A stretch of 64,000 bases of DNA from a virus (lineage: Duplodnaviria > Heunggongvirae > Uroviricota > Caudoviricetes): IMG/VR virus record IMGVR_UViG_3300035208_002606; one strand, given 5' to 3'. A program made the position numbers and the translations under genes. Every line of letters starts with the position of its first letter. Positions within the stretch are counted from its first letter, which is position 1. Shown one piece after another: positions 43,912 through 53,206 of this stretch. The notes beneath the pieces are model-generated. The model had not been told where the DNA came from and ran no database searches. It saw only the letters and a list, made by a program, of their open reading frames with translations.

Positions 43912-46680
43912 ATGGCTGAAACCCTAGATACTCTAAAACAAGTAAAACAACTTGACCAATTAACAGGTAGTGTTGATGATTTAACAAAACTCGTAAAAAA
44001 ACTGTTTAAAAATATTCAGACTATTACCAAAGAAGGAAATGAGTCTATTCTTGACGGGGTCAAGAAATTTGAGAAAAATCATCAACGGTTCAGAGAACAA
44101 AATCATTTAGACAAGATGAAGGAACTCAAAGACCTTCAAAAGAGATTGAGTGGAGTTGAAAAGGATATTCAGAAACAAACTCTAGAGGGGAAAAAAGAAG
44201 AATTTGAGTCCCTTATTAAACAACAGCAGGATTACAACAGAAGAATACAGCGTCTTGAACTTCGTAGTCAGGCCTACAGAATTAAAACGAATCAAGATTT
44301 TTACAAAAAAATAGACGACACCTTCAAGAATTTTAACCAAAAAACAGCGATGATTGCGGGTAAATTGGACTCGGTGCTTGGAATGCCTCTATTTAGTTCC
44401 CTTCAAAAGGCAGGGGCAGCAGTAGCGGGATTAAGTAAAAACGCACTTAAACTCACTCTCGGCGGGATAAATTTTGCAAAAATTTGGAAACAAGAGGGGT
44501 TTAAAAACGCATTTCAACAAACTAAAATAGGGCAAGGAATAAGAACTGCAAAAAGTAAAGTTCGAAAAACTAAAATAGGAGTTCGAAAGGCAATTACAGG
44601 AGTACGGCAATTTGTAACAGGGGGTAAAAAGGAAGGGGCATCAGAACGAATGATGGCAAAAGATAAAGCCGCAGAACTTGAAGAAACACAAAGAAAATCT
44701 TTTGGAGTTAATAAAAAAGGAGCAAAGGCTTCTGAAGGATTATTTTCTTCTTTTACAGGATTTTTTAAATGGTTTAAAAATTGGGAAATGATGAAATTTG
44801 CTTGGCAAATTTTAAAAACTGGCGCAGGCGCAATCGCTAGTATGTTAGGATTTTTACTACCTAAAGTCTTATTGGCCCCTCTTGCCGCATTAATAGGCAA
44901 AACCGCACTAGGGGGAAAATTCTTAGACTCCAAAATAGGTACAAAACTTTTCGGGAGAAAGGCAGGAGACACGGTTGCAAAATCCGCAGCGTCAAGAGCT
45001 GCAAAAACAGCCGCAAAAACAGTTGCTAAAAAAGGGGCAACAGGACTATTAAAAAAAGCCGCTTTAGGCGTTACTAAAAAACTTCCTCTTGTGGGTTGGG
45101 CTATTACTGCATTTGAAGGAATTGGTGGGGCTTTAAAGGGTTGGAAAGAATCGAAAGGTAAACCCCTTGCAACCCGCATCAGAGACACAGCCACAAGTGC
45201 GGCAGGAAACATCGTAGAAAGTTTTAGTCTAGGACTTATTAGCCGCAAAACAGTTCAAAAAGGGTTGAATACTGTTATTAAAGGCGCAGGATTTTTAGCC
45301 AAATGGTCGCCATTTGGAATTCTTGCGAGAATGACAACAAATGCGTTTAAAAAAGATGCTGAAAAATCTAAAAAAATTACAGAAGAAGCAAAAGAAGACA
45401 TAGCCAAAAAATATAAAGGGGGCATGGCAGAGTTTAGAAAAAAACTCTTTCAAGGGGATAAAGAAGCACTCAAAGACTTCAAAGAATTTAAAGATAAAGA
45501 AAAAGGAAAAACCCCCCACATCGCTGCGGCTTCAGGGTTTCCGAAAAAGACAACTCAACCAAAAAGACTCGAAGACCTTTTTGGAAAAATTGACAAGAGA
45601 ACTAATGTAACGGTTGCCGAAGCAGGAGAACCCGAATACTTAGCAGTTCTTAAAAAAGACCAATACGAACAATTGAAAGGGATGCTGATGCAACAGTTAA
45701 GTCCATCATTCCTAAATCCTTTAACCCTCGCAAAAAGTGTTGGTAAGGCAACTAGTTCTGTATTTAAGGCATTGGGCGGGGCAGTTAAAAATCTCTTTGG
45801 GAAAAAATCCGAATCCGAAAAAATGAATCAGGACGAGGATATAAAAAAATATGGTGGGGTTCTTTCCAAAGGAGCATATCGACTTAAAGACCAAAGTGTA
45901 GATATTGAAAATCTCCCCTTTAAAAATAGGCTTCTTGCGATGCTTGCAGAAAGATTCAAATTAACAGGTAAGCAATCTCAAATCAATTCAGGATACAGAA
46001 GTCTTGAAGACCAAGAACGGGTTTACAGAGAGATGCCAAATAGAGCGGCAAAACCTGGCCGTTCACCCCACGGCCCTCCGAATCCTAGGGCTGTTGATAT
46101 TAATTCGACTGATGTTGCCGACCTTGTAGAGTTGGGGTTAATAAAAAAATACGGTTTCAAATATCCTACAGCCCGAACAAAATCGGGACAAGTGGAAACT
46201 TGGCATATTCAAGCCCAACAAGGTGCGGCCTTTGCTCATGCCCCAAAAGACTTCTTAATGCAGGGTCATAAGGGAGAAGGTGCGTTTGTTGCCAAAACAA
46301 AAGAGTTTGAAAGCGTCTTCAAATATTTTGAAATGGGTAAGCAACTTGCAGAAAATGTGATGGCGGGAAAACTTGGAATGCAATTCGACAAAGACATCCC
46401 AGGAAGAATGGCACAACAAACACAAAAAGGTGCAACAGAGGAAGAAACCAAACTGACAAAAGAAACAGTTAGGCTTCTTTCAGAAATCAAAACAGAATTG
46501 TCGCAAACCAAAACAGACGCAAAGGAAAGAGAAAAGCAAACGGATAGAAATATTCCAAAACCTTCTGCTCCTGCTCAAGGCGGTTCAGCGGGGTACAGGC
46601 AAAAAAGTGAAGTATTCCCAACAGATGTGATGATGACAAGTATGTATTCCTTGATAACCCAATTCAGCGGAGGGTATTAA
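43912..46680 (+). CDS. tape-measure-like protein with an M15 (D-Ala-D-Ala) peptidase domain
   Basis: Helical Ala/Gly/Lys-rich body; INSGYRS...SPH...AVDI...ETWH. Confidence 0.8.
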   Translation: MAETLDTLKQVKQLDQLTGSVDDLTKLVKKLFKNIQTITKEGNESILDGVKKFEKNHQRFREQNHLDKMKELKDLQKRLSGVEKDIQKQTLEGKKEEFESLIKQQQDYNRRIQRLELRSQAYRIKTNQDFYKKIDDTFKNFNQKTAMIAGKLDSVLGMPLFSSLQKAGAAVAGLSKNALKLTLGGINFAKIWKQEGFKNAFQQTKIGQGIRTAKSKVRKTKIGVRKAITGVRQFVTGGKKEGASERMMAKDKAAELEETQRKSFGVNKKGAKASEGLFSSFTGFFKWFKNWEMMKFAWQILKTGAGAIASMLGFLLPKVLLAPLAALIGKTALGGKFLDSKIGTKLFGRKAGDTVAKSAASRAAKTAAKTVAKKGATGLLKKAALGVTKKLPLVGWAITAFEGIGGALKGWKESKGKPLATRIRDTATSAAGNIVESFSLGLISRKTVQKGLNTVIKGAGFLAKWSPFGILARMTTNAFKKDAEKSKKITEEAKEDIAKKYKGGMAEFRKKLFQGDKEALKDFKEFKDKEKGKTPHIAAASGFPKKTTQPKRLEDLFGKIDKRTNVTVAEAGEPEYLAVLKKDQYEQLKGMLMQQLSPSFLNPLTLAKSVGKATSSVFKALGGAVKNLFGKKSESEKMNQDEDIKKYGGVLSKGAYRLKDQSVDIENLPFKNRLLAMLAERFKLTGKQSQINSGYRSLEDQERVYREMPNRAAKPGRSPHGPPNPRAVDINSTDVADLVELGLIKKYGFKYPTARTKSGQVETWHIQAQQGAAFAHAPKDFLMQGHKGEGAFVAKTKEFESVFKYFEMGKQLAENVMAGKLGMQFDKDIPGRMAQQTQKGATEEETKLTKETVRLLSEIKTELSQTKTDAKEREKQTDRNIPKPSAPAQGGSAGYRQKSEVFPTDVMMTSMYSLITQFSGGY

Positions 46681-46681
46681 A

Positions 46682-47407
46682 ATGCCTGATATCACTTTTG
46701 GAGATAAAGCGAATGTGCGAATAGAATTTTATAATGAAGTTACGGGTAAATTCAATATTCCACCAAGAGATAAATTATATTATGAACTTTTTGGATTTTT
46801 AACCGATGAAGGATTAGATTTAAGATTAGATAATGAATTTAAAAATGCTTTAGATTTTGGAATATTGGAAGCATTTAAATCAATGGCGGCAGGACTTAAA
46901 GGATTAGCAGGAGCAATCGGAGAATCAGAAACACATGGTTATCTTACAGGTGGATTTGGAAATTCAAATATTATTTTAAATGCGCCTTATTATTGGCAAG
47001 GTACAAGCCCCATACAATTAAATCTTTCTTTTTATCAAATCTCTGATACAGAAAATGATATTATTTTAAATTATCAAAGAGTTATGGAAATTCTTTCTCC
47101 AGGAATGGGAATCCCTTCTAAAGAAGAAGGAGGCGCAGAAGCAGTTACTCTTGCAGGCAGCGGTCCAGGATTAGTGTATGTTCATTATTTTCCATCTAAA
47201 GGCGTTGGGGAAGGGAAAATGGTATTTGGCCCATGTTTGTGTAAAAGTGTCAGTATGAAAATTGCGCCGCCCTATTCTTTACAATATACTCCAATTATAG
47301 GAGTATATAATTTTGGACTTCAAGTATCTAGAATTGTTGACCGAACTCAAATTAAAAATATTTTTAATAATTCCTCCGATACTTATGCAGAAACAAAGGG
47401 AAAATAA
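46682..47407 (+). CDS. baseplate/tube initiator (gp48-like)
   Basis: Position; YWQGTSPIQLNLSF motif. Confidence 0.55.
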   Translation: MPDITFGDKANVRIEFYNEVTGKFNIPPRDKLYYELFGFLTDEGLDLRLDNEFKNALDFGILEAFKSMAAGLKGLAGAIGESETHGYLTGGFGNSNIILNAPYYWQGTSPIQLNLSFYQISDTENDIILNYQRVMEILSPGMGIPSKEEGGAEAVTLAGSGPGLVYVHYFPSKGVGEGKMVFGPCLCKSVSMKIAPPYSLQYTPIIGVYNFGLQVSRIVDRTQIKNIFNNSSDTYAETKGK

Positions 47408-47790
47408 TGCAATACATATACACTAAAACTACGAAAAACATTCTTGATTTCTTCAAGAATATGAATTACAGCCTGACAAAACTGGACGGTCTCATTTATC
47501 GTGACGAGGCGAACAAGACATATTTTCAAAATGTCGATATGGAATTGGATATTGAAAAGGGAGTAAATCAGGACTCCCGATTTGTCACCATCAATGAGGA
47601 AACTCAGTATCGTCCTGACCGTCTTGCCTATCTTGCTTACGGCAATGAAACTTTGGCATGGATAGTCTTGCGATTCAACGATATTACCGACCCATTCGAT
47701 TTAGAAGTGGGTAAGATAATCGAAATCCCATCTCTTACCGAAGTCAACAAGGCCTTGCAGAAGAAGAGGCAAAAGTTAAAGTACAAGTAA
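47407..47790 (+). CDS. gp53-like baseplate wedge protein (LysM-like)
   Basis: RPDRLAYLAYG...WIVL.FNDI.DPF.L..G..I.IP. Confidence 0.8.
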   Translation: MQYIYTKTTKNILDFFKNMNYSLTKLDGLIYRDEANKTYFQNVDMELDIEKGVNQDSRFVTINEETQYRPDRLAYLAYGNETLAWIVLRFNDITDPFDLEVGKIIEIPSLTEVNKALQKKRQKLKYK

Positions 47791-47791
47791 A

Positions 47792-49057
47792 ATGGCACAA
47801 ATAGGAAAAGCCCCGAAAATCATTATCAAAGGAACCACTCAAGACATTGACTTGGGTAATTATGGATTTGAGAACCTCCGTTATACGGAGGATATCAACC
47901 AGGGGTTCCCAACAATCGAATTTGGATTAGTGGACAATCTTTACGAACTCCTGCGAAAACTTTTATACGGGGACGAAGAACTACTTATCGAAGAATTTGA
48001 GCAGGACAAATTCAAATTCACACAAAAAAGTTTCCGCATCAAGTCAATCGGCTCAATGGGAGAAAAACCCAAACCCGCCTCAAAACAAACCGTAAAAATT
48101 CTCGCTGTTGATAAAAACTATGATTCCATTCTAAAAAGTCGAGATTCTTGTTACTTCAAAAAGGGTGAGGTCAAAAAAATTTCCGACCTTTTAGAAAAGT
48201 TTATATCAGGGGTGGGAATCTCTGAAACTGACAACTTCAAAATCAACATAACGCCGACTGCACCGATTGCGGAACATGGCTTTCAGAACCTCTTCATTCC
48301 GTACAGTCGGGACGCAATGAAGGTTATTCGCAAATTGAGTAACTATGCAGTAACTCCCGATGGAACAGGAGCCTTCGTATTCTTCATCAATCGCAGAGGG
48401 TTGAACTTTGTACCCATCAGTACCCTATTCAAACCCGTTACAGATGATACTCCAAAAATTCAGATTACGGATATTCGTGAAAACTATGGAATTCAAAACC
48501 TTCGATTGTCCCCCTTCAACGCATTCACGAACTTCATCATGGGTCATGAAAAAAGGGTTATGGGATTTAATCTCATGGAAAAGGATTACAACATCATCAA
48601 CTATTCTGCAAATGCCAAGTATATTGAACATTCACAATACATTGACAAGCCTGAAACCGTTTCCAATATCACCACTATGCCGATTACAGGAATGGCAAGC
48701 CACTCCGTCCCTTTCTCAAAGGATTTTGCAAAGGGTAATGTAAAAGTATACTTCACCCCTCTTGACAACCCCGCCATGTTGAAGGGCTTTGCCGACAGGC
48801 TTTATTATTCGCAGATGTTCACCTACAACATCGAGACGGAAATTGATTTCATTCAGGTGATGCCCGATTTGGCAGTCGGGGAAATGGTGAATGTGGAATT
48901 TAAAACAATGGACGAGGATAGTTGGGAATCGTTGAATGGGGCATGGTTGTTAAAGTCTCTTTCATATGCATATCCTGGGGATAATGTTACGATGAAACTG
49001 ACGAGAATCGGCATCGGCACTTTACCCGAAGGATTTTATACTAAGGTAGGAGAATAA
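47792..49057 (+). CDS. baseplate hub protein (gp27-like)
   Basis: Between the gp53-like and gp5-like genes; L..GE.V...NG.WL..S. Confidence 0.6.
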   Translation: MAQIGKAPKIIIKGTTQDIDLGNYGFENLRYTEDINQGFPTIEFGLVDNLYELLRKLLYGDEELLIEEFEQDKFKFTQKSFRIKSIGSMGEKPKPASKQTVKILAVDKNYDSILKSRDSCYFKKGEVKKISDLLEKFISGVGISETDNFKINITPTAPIAEHGFQNLFIPYSRDAMKVIRKLSNYAVTPDGTGAFVFFINRRGLNFVPISTLFKPVTDDTPKIQITDIRENYGIQNLRLSPFNAFTNFIMGHEKRVMGFNLMEKDYNIINYSANAKYIEHSQYIDKPETVSNITTMPITGMASHSVPFSKDFAKGNVKVYFTPLDNPAMLKGFADRLYYSQMFTYNIETEIDFIQVMPDLAVGEMVNVEFKTMDEDSWESLNGAWLLKSLSYAYPGDNVTMKLTRIGIGTLPEGFYTKVGE

Positions 49058-49059
49058 GA

Positions 49060-51015
49060 ATGTTTGACCTAGACCAAGTTAAGGCTCTTGAGGATACGCA
49101 AAAAAGTAATTTTTATCGTGCAAAAGTCGTTTCATTAGATGACCCTTTGAAATTGAATAGAATACAGGTCATGATTTACGGATTGACCGATGATTTTGAA
49201 GAACCTGAAAATGTGGAAGACAGCCCTCAGCCGTGGTGCGAATTTCAATTTCGAGATGGCGTTGTCACCTATCCGAATATTGATGATATTATTTGGCTGT
49301 GGTTCGAAGGGGGAGACATCTTCAGGCCTGTCTATCTCGGCACGATTTATGCGGGGCTTGATATTTCAACAGAAGCGGGGTTCGAAAAATTATTAGAACA
49401 ACGGGGAACCAAAGTCGAAGACTTAGAAAATTACAAGACTGCCTTAAAAACCCTGAATCAAACGGGAGACCAAGACAAACTGATAGCGAAGGATGCACAT
49501 CAAGCCTTCTCCAATTTCATGCTGACGGAAGATGATATCCCATTTCAAATTTTTGACGGGGATGATGCGGATGGGGAAATAATTTATCACGATGAAAGAG
49601 ATATATCTGATAAAAATAGTGATTTGGGTGAAAATGTAGAACCATTCCAAGCATACGGCATCAATTGGGGACATTATAAATATTGGCCCAAAATTCCAAA
49701 AGGTTGGGCAGGCCGTCCCATGTACGTATGGTATACAACGGAAGACATAACAGAAGAGGAAGCCGCCGCAGGAACAACTTGGAAAGATAAGTGCGGGGGA
49801 TGGACTTTTTACACGGCTGAACAAGTTCAAGAGGGAATGGCAAGTTTCCCCGATAATTTACGGCACTTCAACTACAAACGATTTCAAAAATGGAAAAAAG
49901 GTGTTGAGGGGGTGCGCTTTGACATAACAAAAGAAAAAGGAAACATTCCGGGTTGGGAACAGGAATATTCAAGCGTTCAACAACAATGGATGTGGCGTTC
50001 TAACACTCCCGATAATACAATATTTCAAACCCCAGGGGCCGGCGCACCATTTTTTCGTTCTCGCCCCCACCGTTGGGAATTTATAGCGGATTATCCTTTT
50101 CACTTTTGGCAACCTGAAAAAACCTGTGATAATGGTTTGTGGCATTCGTGGATACAATCATTTCCTTTCGGTAAAATGAATTTAAAAAACAGGAAGTATT
50201 GGAAACAACACACGTTTCTTTCACACGATGCAAAGTCCTCAATCGAACTAGACGACAATGATAATTACGAACGATTGGCATTGATTTTTGACCACGGTTC
50301 AGGGGGTTTGGAATTTTCTCATGCAGGAATGAATGGTATTGATATGTGGACGGATGGTGTGTTTCATTTTCATGCAGGGGGACGAAGCAACGCAGGGGGG
50401 CCGAAAGAACATAGTATGTTTTTTCCTGGTGGAGACTTCGCAGTTCAGGCAAGAAAGGCATCCTTAGTTGGAGATAATGAAGCAACAGTTTATGCGACAG
50501 GAAGTGCAAAATTAATAGGCAAATTGGGGTCAGTTACCATTATGGGAAATGCGGGAATCAGCCTGACAAGTTGGGGTGGACTAACGGTATTAAAAGGTGG
50601 AGATGGAAGTGTTGCTCCTGACCGCGCTCAACCTGTTGACACTAGAGGGGTTTGGTTTGGAACACCTTTAATCAGTTCTCCTATGGGGTACAAATCGGGA
50701 TTGGGCAGTAGTGGATTTCAGGCATTATTTCTTTGCTTGCCAACTGTCGGAGGCGAAGAAGGTGGTGGCGGGTCGATGAGTGATGAATCAGCCCAACAAT
50801 GGGTGGATAAATTTAATATGGCTATGATATGCTTAAAAACCCTTTTTAAGGTTTTGGGAAAAACAAATAATTCAATGGCATTACCAGTAATGGCAGGTTG
50901 GGCAACAACCATTGAAAAATTATTAGATGATTGGGAAATAGAAAGTTCACCTTGTTCGGGGGCAAAATTTGGGTCGGCATGGAAAGGAATTGCTATACAG
51001 GGTGCGAGGTCGTAA
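49060..51015 (+). CDS. baseplate central spike (gp5-like)
   Basis: N-terminal OB fold YRAKVV..DDPLKLNRIQV...P...D..W.WFEGGD..RPVY.G. Confidence 0.85.
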   Translation: MFDLDQVKALEDTQKSNFYRAKVVSLDDPLKLNRIQVMIYGLTDDFEEPENVEDSPQPWCEFQFRDGVVTYPNIDDIIWLWFEGGDIFRPVYLGTIYAGLDISTEAGFEKLLEQRGTKVEDLENYKTALKTLNQTGDQDKLIAKDAHQAFSNFMLTEDDIPFQIFDGDDADGEIIYHDERDISDKNSDLGENVEPFQAYGINWGHYKYWPKIPKGWAGRPMYVWYTTEDITEEEAAAGTTWKDKCGGWTFYTAEQVQEGMASFPDNLRHFNYKRFQKWKKGVEGVRFDITKEKGNIPGWEQEYSSVQQQWMWRSNTPDNTIFQTPGAGAPFFRSRPHRWEFIADYPFHFWQPEKTCDNGLWHSWIQSFPFGKMNLKNRKYWKQHTFLSHDAKSSIELDDNDNYERLALIFDHGSGGLEFSHAGMNGIDMWTDGVFHFHAGGRSNAGGPKEHSMFFPGGDFAVQARKASLVGDNEATVYATGSAKLIGKLGSVTIMGNAGISLTSWGGLTVLKGGDGSVAPDRAQPVDTRGVWFGTPLISSPMGYKSGLGSSGFQALFLCLPTVGGEEGGGGSMSDESAQQWVDKFNMAMICLKTLFKVLGKTNNSMALPVMAGWATTIEKLLDDWEIESSPCSGAKFGSAWKGIAIQGARS

Positions 51016-51043
51016 AGACTAAATAAAAAAGGAGGGATTAATA

Positions 51044-51262
51044 ATGGCATGGAATATGAGTGCGGCTGGTATGAGCGGTGGAGTAAGTATTTTTACACCA
51101 AAAAATTTAAATGCTGCGATGCCGCCTTTTCCATTCGTTGAGTATTTTAAAAAATCTAAATTAACTCCTACGGGTGAAGTAGTGGAAGATTTAATAGACA
51201 AAAATCCAAATTTATCTGAACAAGAAAAACGAACATATAAAAGAAAACTTCGTGAGGAATAA
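51044..51262 (+). CDS. hypothetical protein
   Basis: 72 aa; SD GGAGG. Confidence 0.55.
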   Translation: MAWNMSAAGMSGGVSIFTPKNLNAAMPPFPFVEYFKKSKLTPTGEVVEDLIDKNPNLSEQEKRTYKRKLREE

Positions 51263-51264
51263 AA

Positions 51265-51696
51265 ATGGCTGACGAAAAAACACTTACTAATTACTACAAC
51301 TCGGACATCGTAGTTGACAAGGATATTCAACAGACCTTTGAATTCCAATACGGAGACTTGAAGGCTCTTACGAACTATGATGCCATTGTGCAATCTATCC
51401 GAAACATCTTACACACTCGAAAAGGTGAACTCATCGGCCTGATTGAATTTGGTAGTTCCATTTATGATTTTTTGTTCGAGCAGTTAAGTGTGAAGAATGT
51501 GGAGATGCTACGAGCGACATTGATTGCGGAAATAGAGCGATGGGAAAACAGGGTCAATATCGTAGACTTTCAATACACACTTAATGAACCTGTGGGAACA
51601 CTTCGCTTGGATATGATTTTCAGTATCAGGGCCTTGGGGCCGTTGCAATTGTTCCGTGAAGAATTTCTTTTGAGCAATTCGTCTGAAGTGAGGTAA
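51265..51696 (+). CDS. gp25-like baseplate wedge protein
   Basis: QSIRNIL.T.KGE...EFGS...LFE...ERWE.RV. Confidence 0.9.
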   Translation: MADEKTLTNYYNSDIVVDKDIQQTFEFQYGDLKALTNYDAIVQSIRNILHTRKGELIGLIEFGSSIYDFLFEQLSVKNVEMLRATLIAEIERWENRVNIVDFQYTLNEPVGTLRLDMIFSIRALGPLQLFREEFLLSNSSEVR

Positions 51697-51700
51697 TAAT

Positions 51701-53203
51701 ATGGCTGATAGAATTTTGACCCTTAGCGGAGATTTCGATACCATTCGCACCGAACTGAACGCCAAACTCTCAGTACTTGATGGATGGAAGGATAATGTGG
51801 AAGGTGGAATGGGGTCGAGCCTCATTCGTATGTTCTCATATGTGGCTGACCTTTTGAGTTACAGGATGAATGTGCTAGCCAACGAAAATTATCTCGACAC
51901 CGCCCAAATCAAGGAGAACATGATGAAAATCATTAAACTCCTGAATTACAAAGTAAAACGGGCCGTTCCTTCTCACGGGGAAGTTACCTTATGGATTAAG
52001 GAGGCCTCTGCAAACAATATCGTCATTCCTCAGGGGACAAAACTTTCAACGGGAGACAATGTTCTTTTTTACACGGTGTACGAAAATGAATTGATTGCAG
52101 GAGAAAAAGAAATTACCGTCAAGGTTGTTCAGGGAGTGGAAAAGGAAGTATCCTATACTTCCGCAGGAACGAAAAATCAGGAATTTCTTTTGAACTCCGA
52201 CAGCAAAAGTTATTATATCGGAGATGCGATTTGGCCTAATTCGGAGTATGAGTATTCAGGACTGAAAGTTTATGTGGATGATGAGGAATGGGAGGAAATC
52301 GATTCATTGGTGAACGCAGATGCTGACGGGGAAAATTATTACGCAGAACAATTTTCCGATTACGCCCTAAAAATAGTATTTGGGGATGGAACTTTTGGTG
52401 CGATTCCTACTAACAATAAACTCATCAAGTTCGTCTACAACCTGAACATCGGCAAGTTCGGAAATGTCAACGCAGGCTCCATTACAAAAGTTCTCGACAC
52501 CGTCAGCGACACGGAAGCACTACCTGTCTCGATGTATGTCACCCAATCACAATCCTTCTTGAACGCAGGCGACCCTGAAACCTTGGAAGAAATCAGGGCC
52601 AATGCTCCGAAGTACTTCACCACGGGAGACAGAATAGTCACGGAAGACGATATCACGGCAATGATAAATGCGAACTTCTCCAACATTCTCGACATTTATA
52701 TCCTGTCGGAAGAGGATAAGAACCCTCCCAATTTTAAAGAGTTTAATCAAATCACAATCGGCCTATTGCTGAAGGATACGGACGGAACGCCGCTTGTGCC
52801 TTCGAAGAACGGCGAGAATTATCTTTCTTACTACGAATCGGTGGACGAACTCATCAAGCAGAAACGCACCATTACTGTTCATCGCAAGTACATCATTCCC
52901 GAACCCGTAGAAGTCATGTTTAAGGTCAACTACAGAAAATATTCAGGATATACGGACTCACAGGCAAGAAGCGCAATACAGGATGCCATCGAACAATATC
53001 TTCTCGATTACGGGAGATTAGGCTCAATCGTAAAATACTCAGACATTATCTATGCAATCGACTCCCTTTCGGAAATCGATTGGTGCTATTTAGAAATGAA
53101 GCGAACAACGGATGCAAGTTATTCCACACAAAACATTGAAATGAGTGATACGGAATTTCCTGTCGAAGCGACTATTCAATTCCTTACACTAGTTGCGGTA
53201 TAA
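51701..53203 (+). CDS. gp6/J-like baseplate wedge protein
   Basis: DFDTIR.EL...ENYLDTA...G.DPETLEEIR.NAP. Confidence 0.9.
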   Translation: MADRILTLSGDFDTIRTELNAKLSVLDGWKDNVEGGMGSSLIRMFSYVADLLSYRMNVLANENYLDTAQIKENMMKIIKLLNYKVKRAVPSHGEVTLWIKEASANNIVIPQGTKLSTGDNVLFYTVYENELIAGEKEITVKVVQGVEKEVSYTSAGTKNQEFLLNSDSKSYYIGDAIWPNSEYEYSGLKVYVDDEEWEEIDSLVNADADGENYYAEQFSDYALKIVFGDGTFGAIPTNNKLIKFVYNLNIGKFGNVNAGSITKVLDTVSDTEALPVSMYVTQSQSFLNAGDPETLEEIRANAPKYFTTGDRIVTEDDITAMINANFSNILDIYILSEEDKNPPNFKEFNQITIGLLLKDTDGTPLVPSKNGENYLSYYESVDELIKQKRTITVHRKYIIPEPVEVMFKVNYRKYSGYTDSQARSAIQDAIEQYLLDYGRLGSIVKYSDIIYAIDSLSEIDWCYLEMKRTTDASYSTQNIEMSDTEFPVEATIQFLTLVAV

Positions 53204-53206
53204 AAT

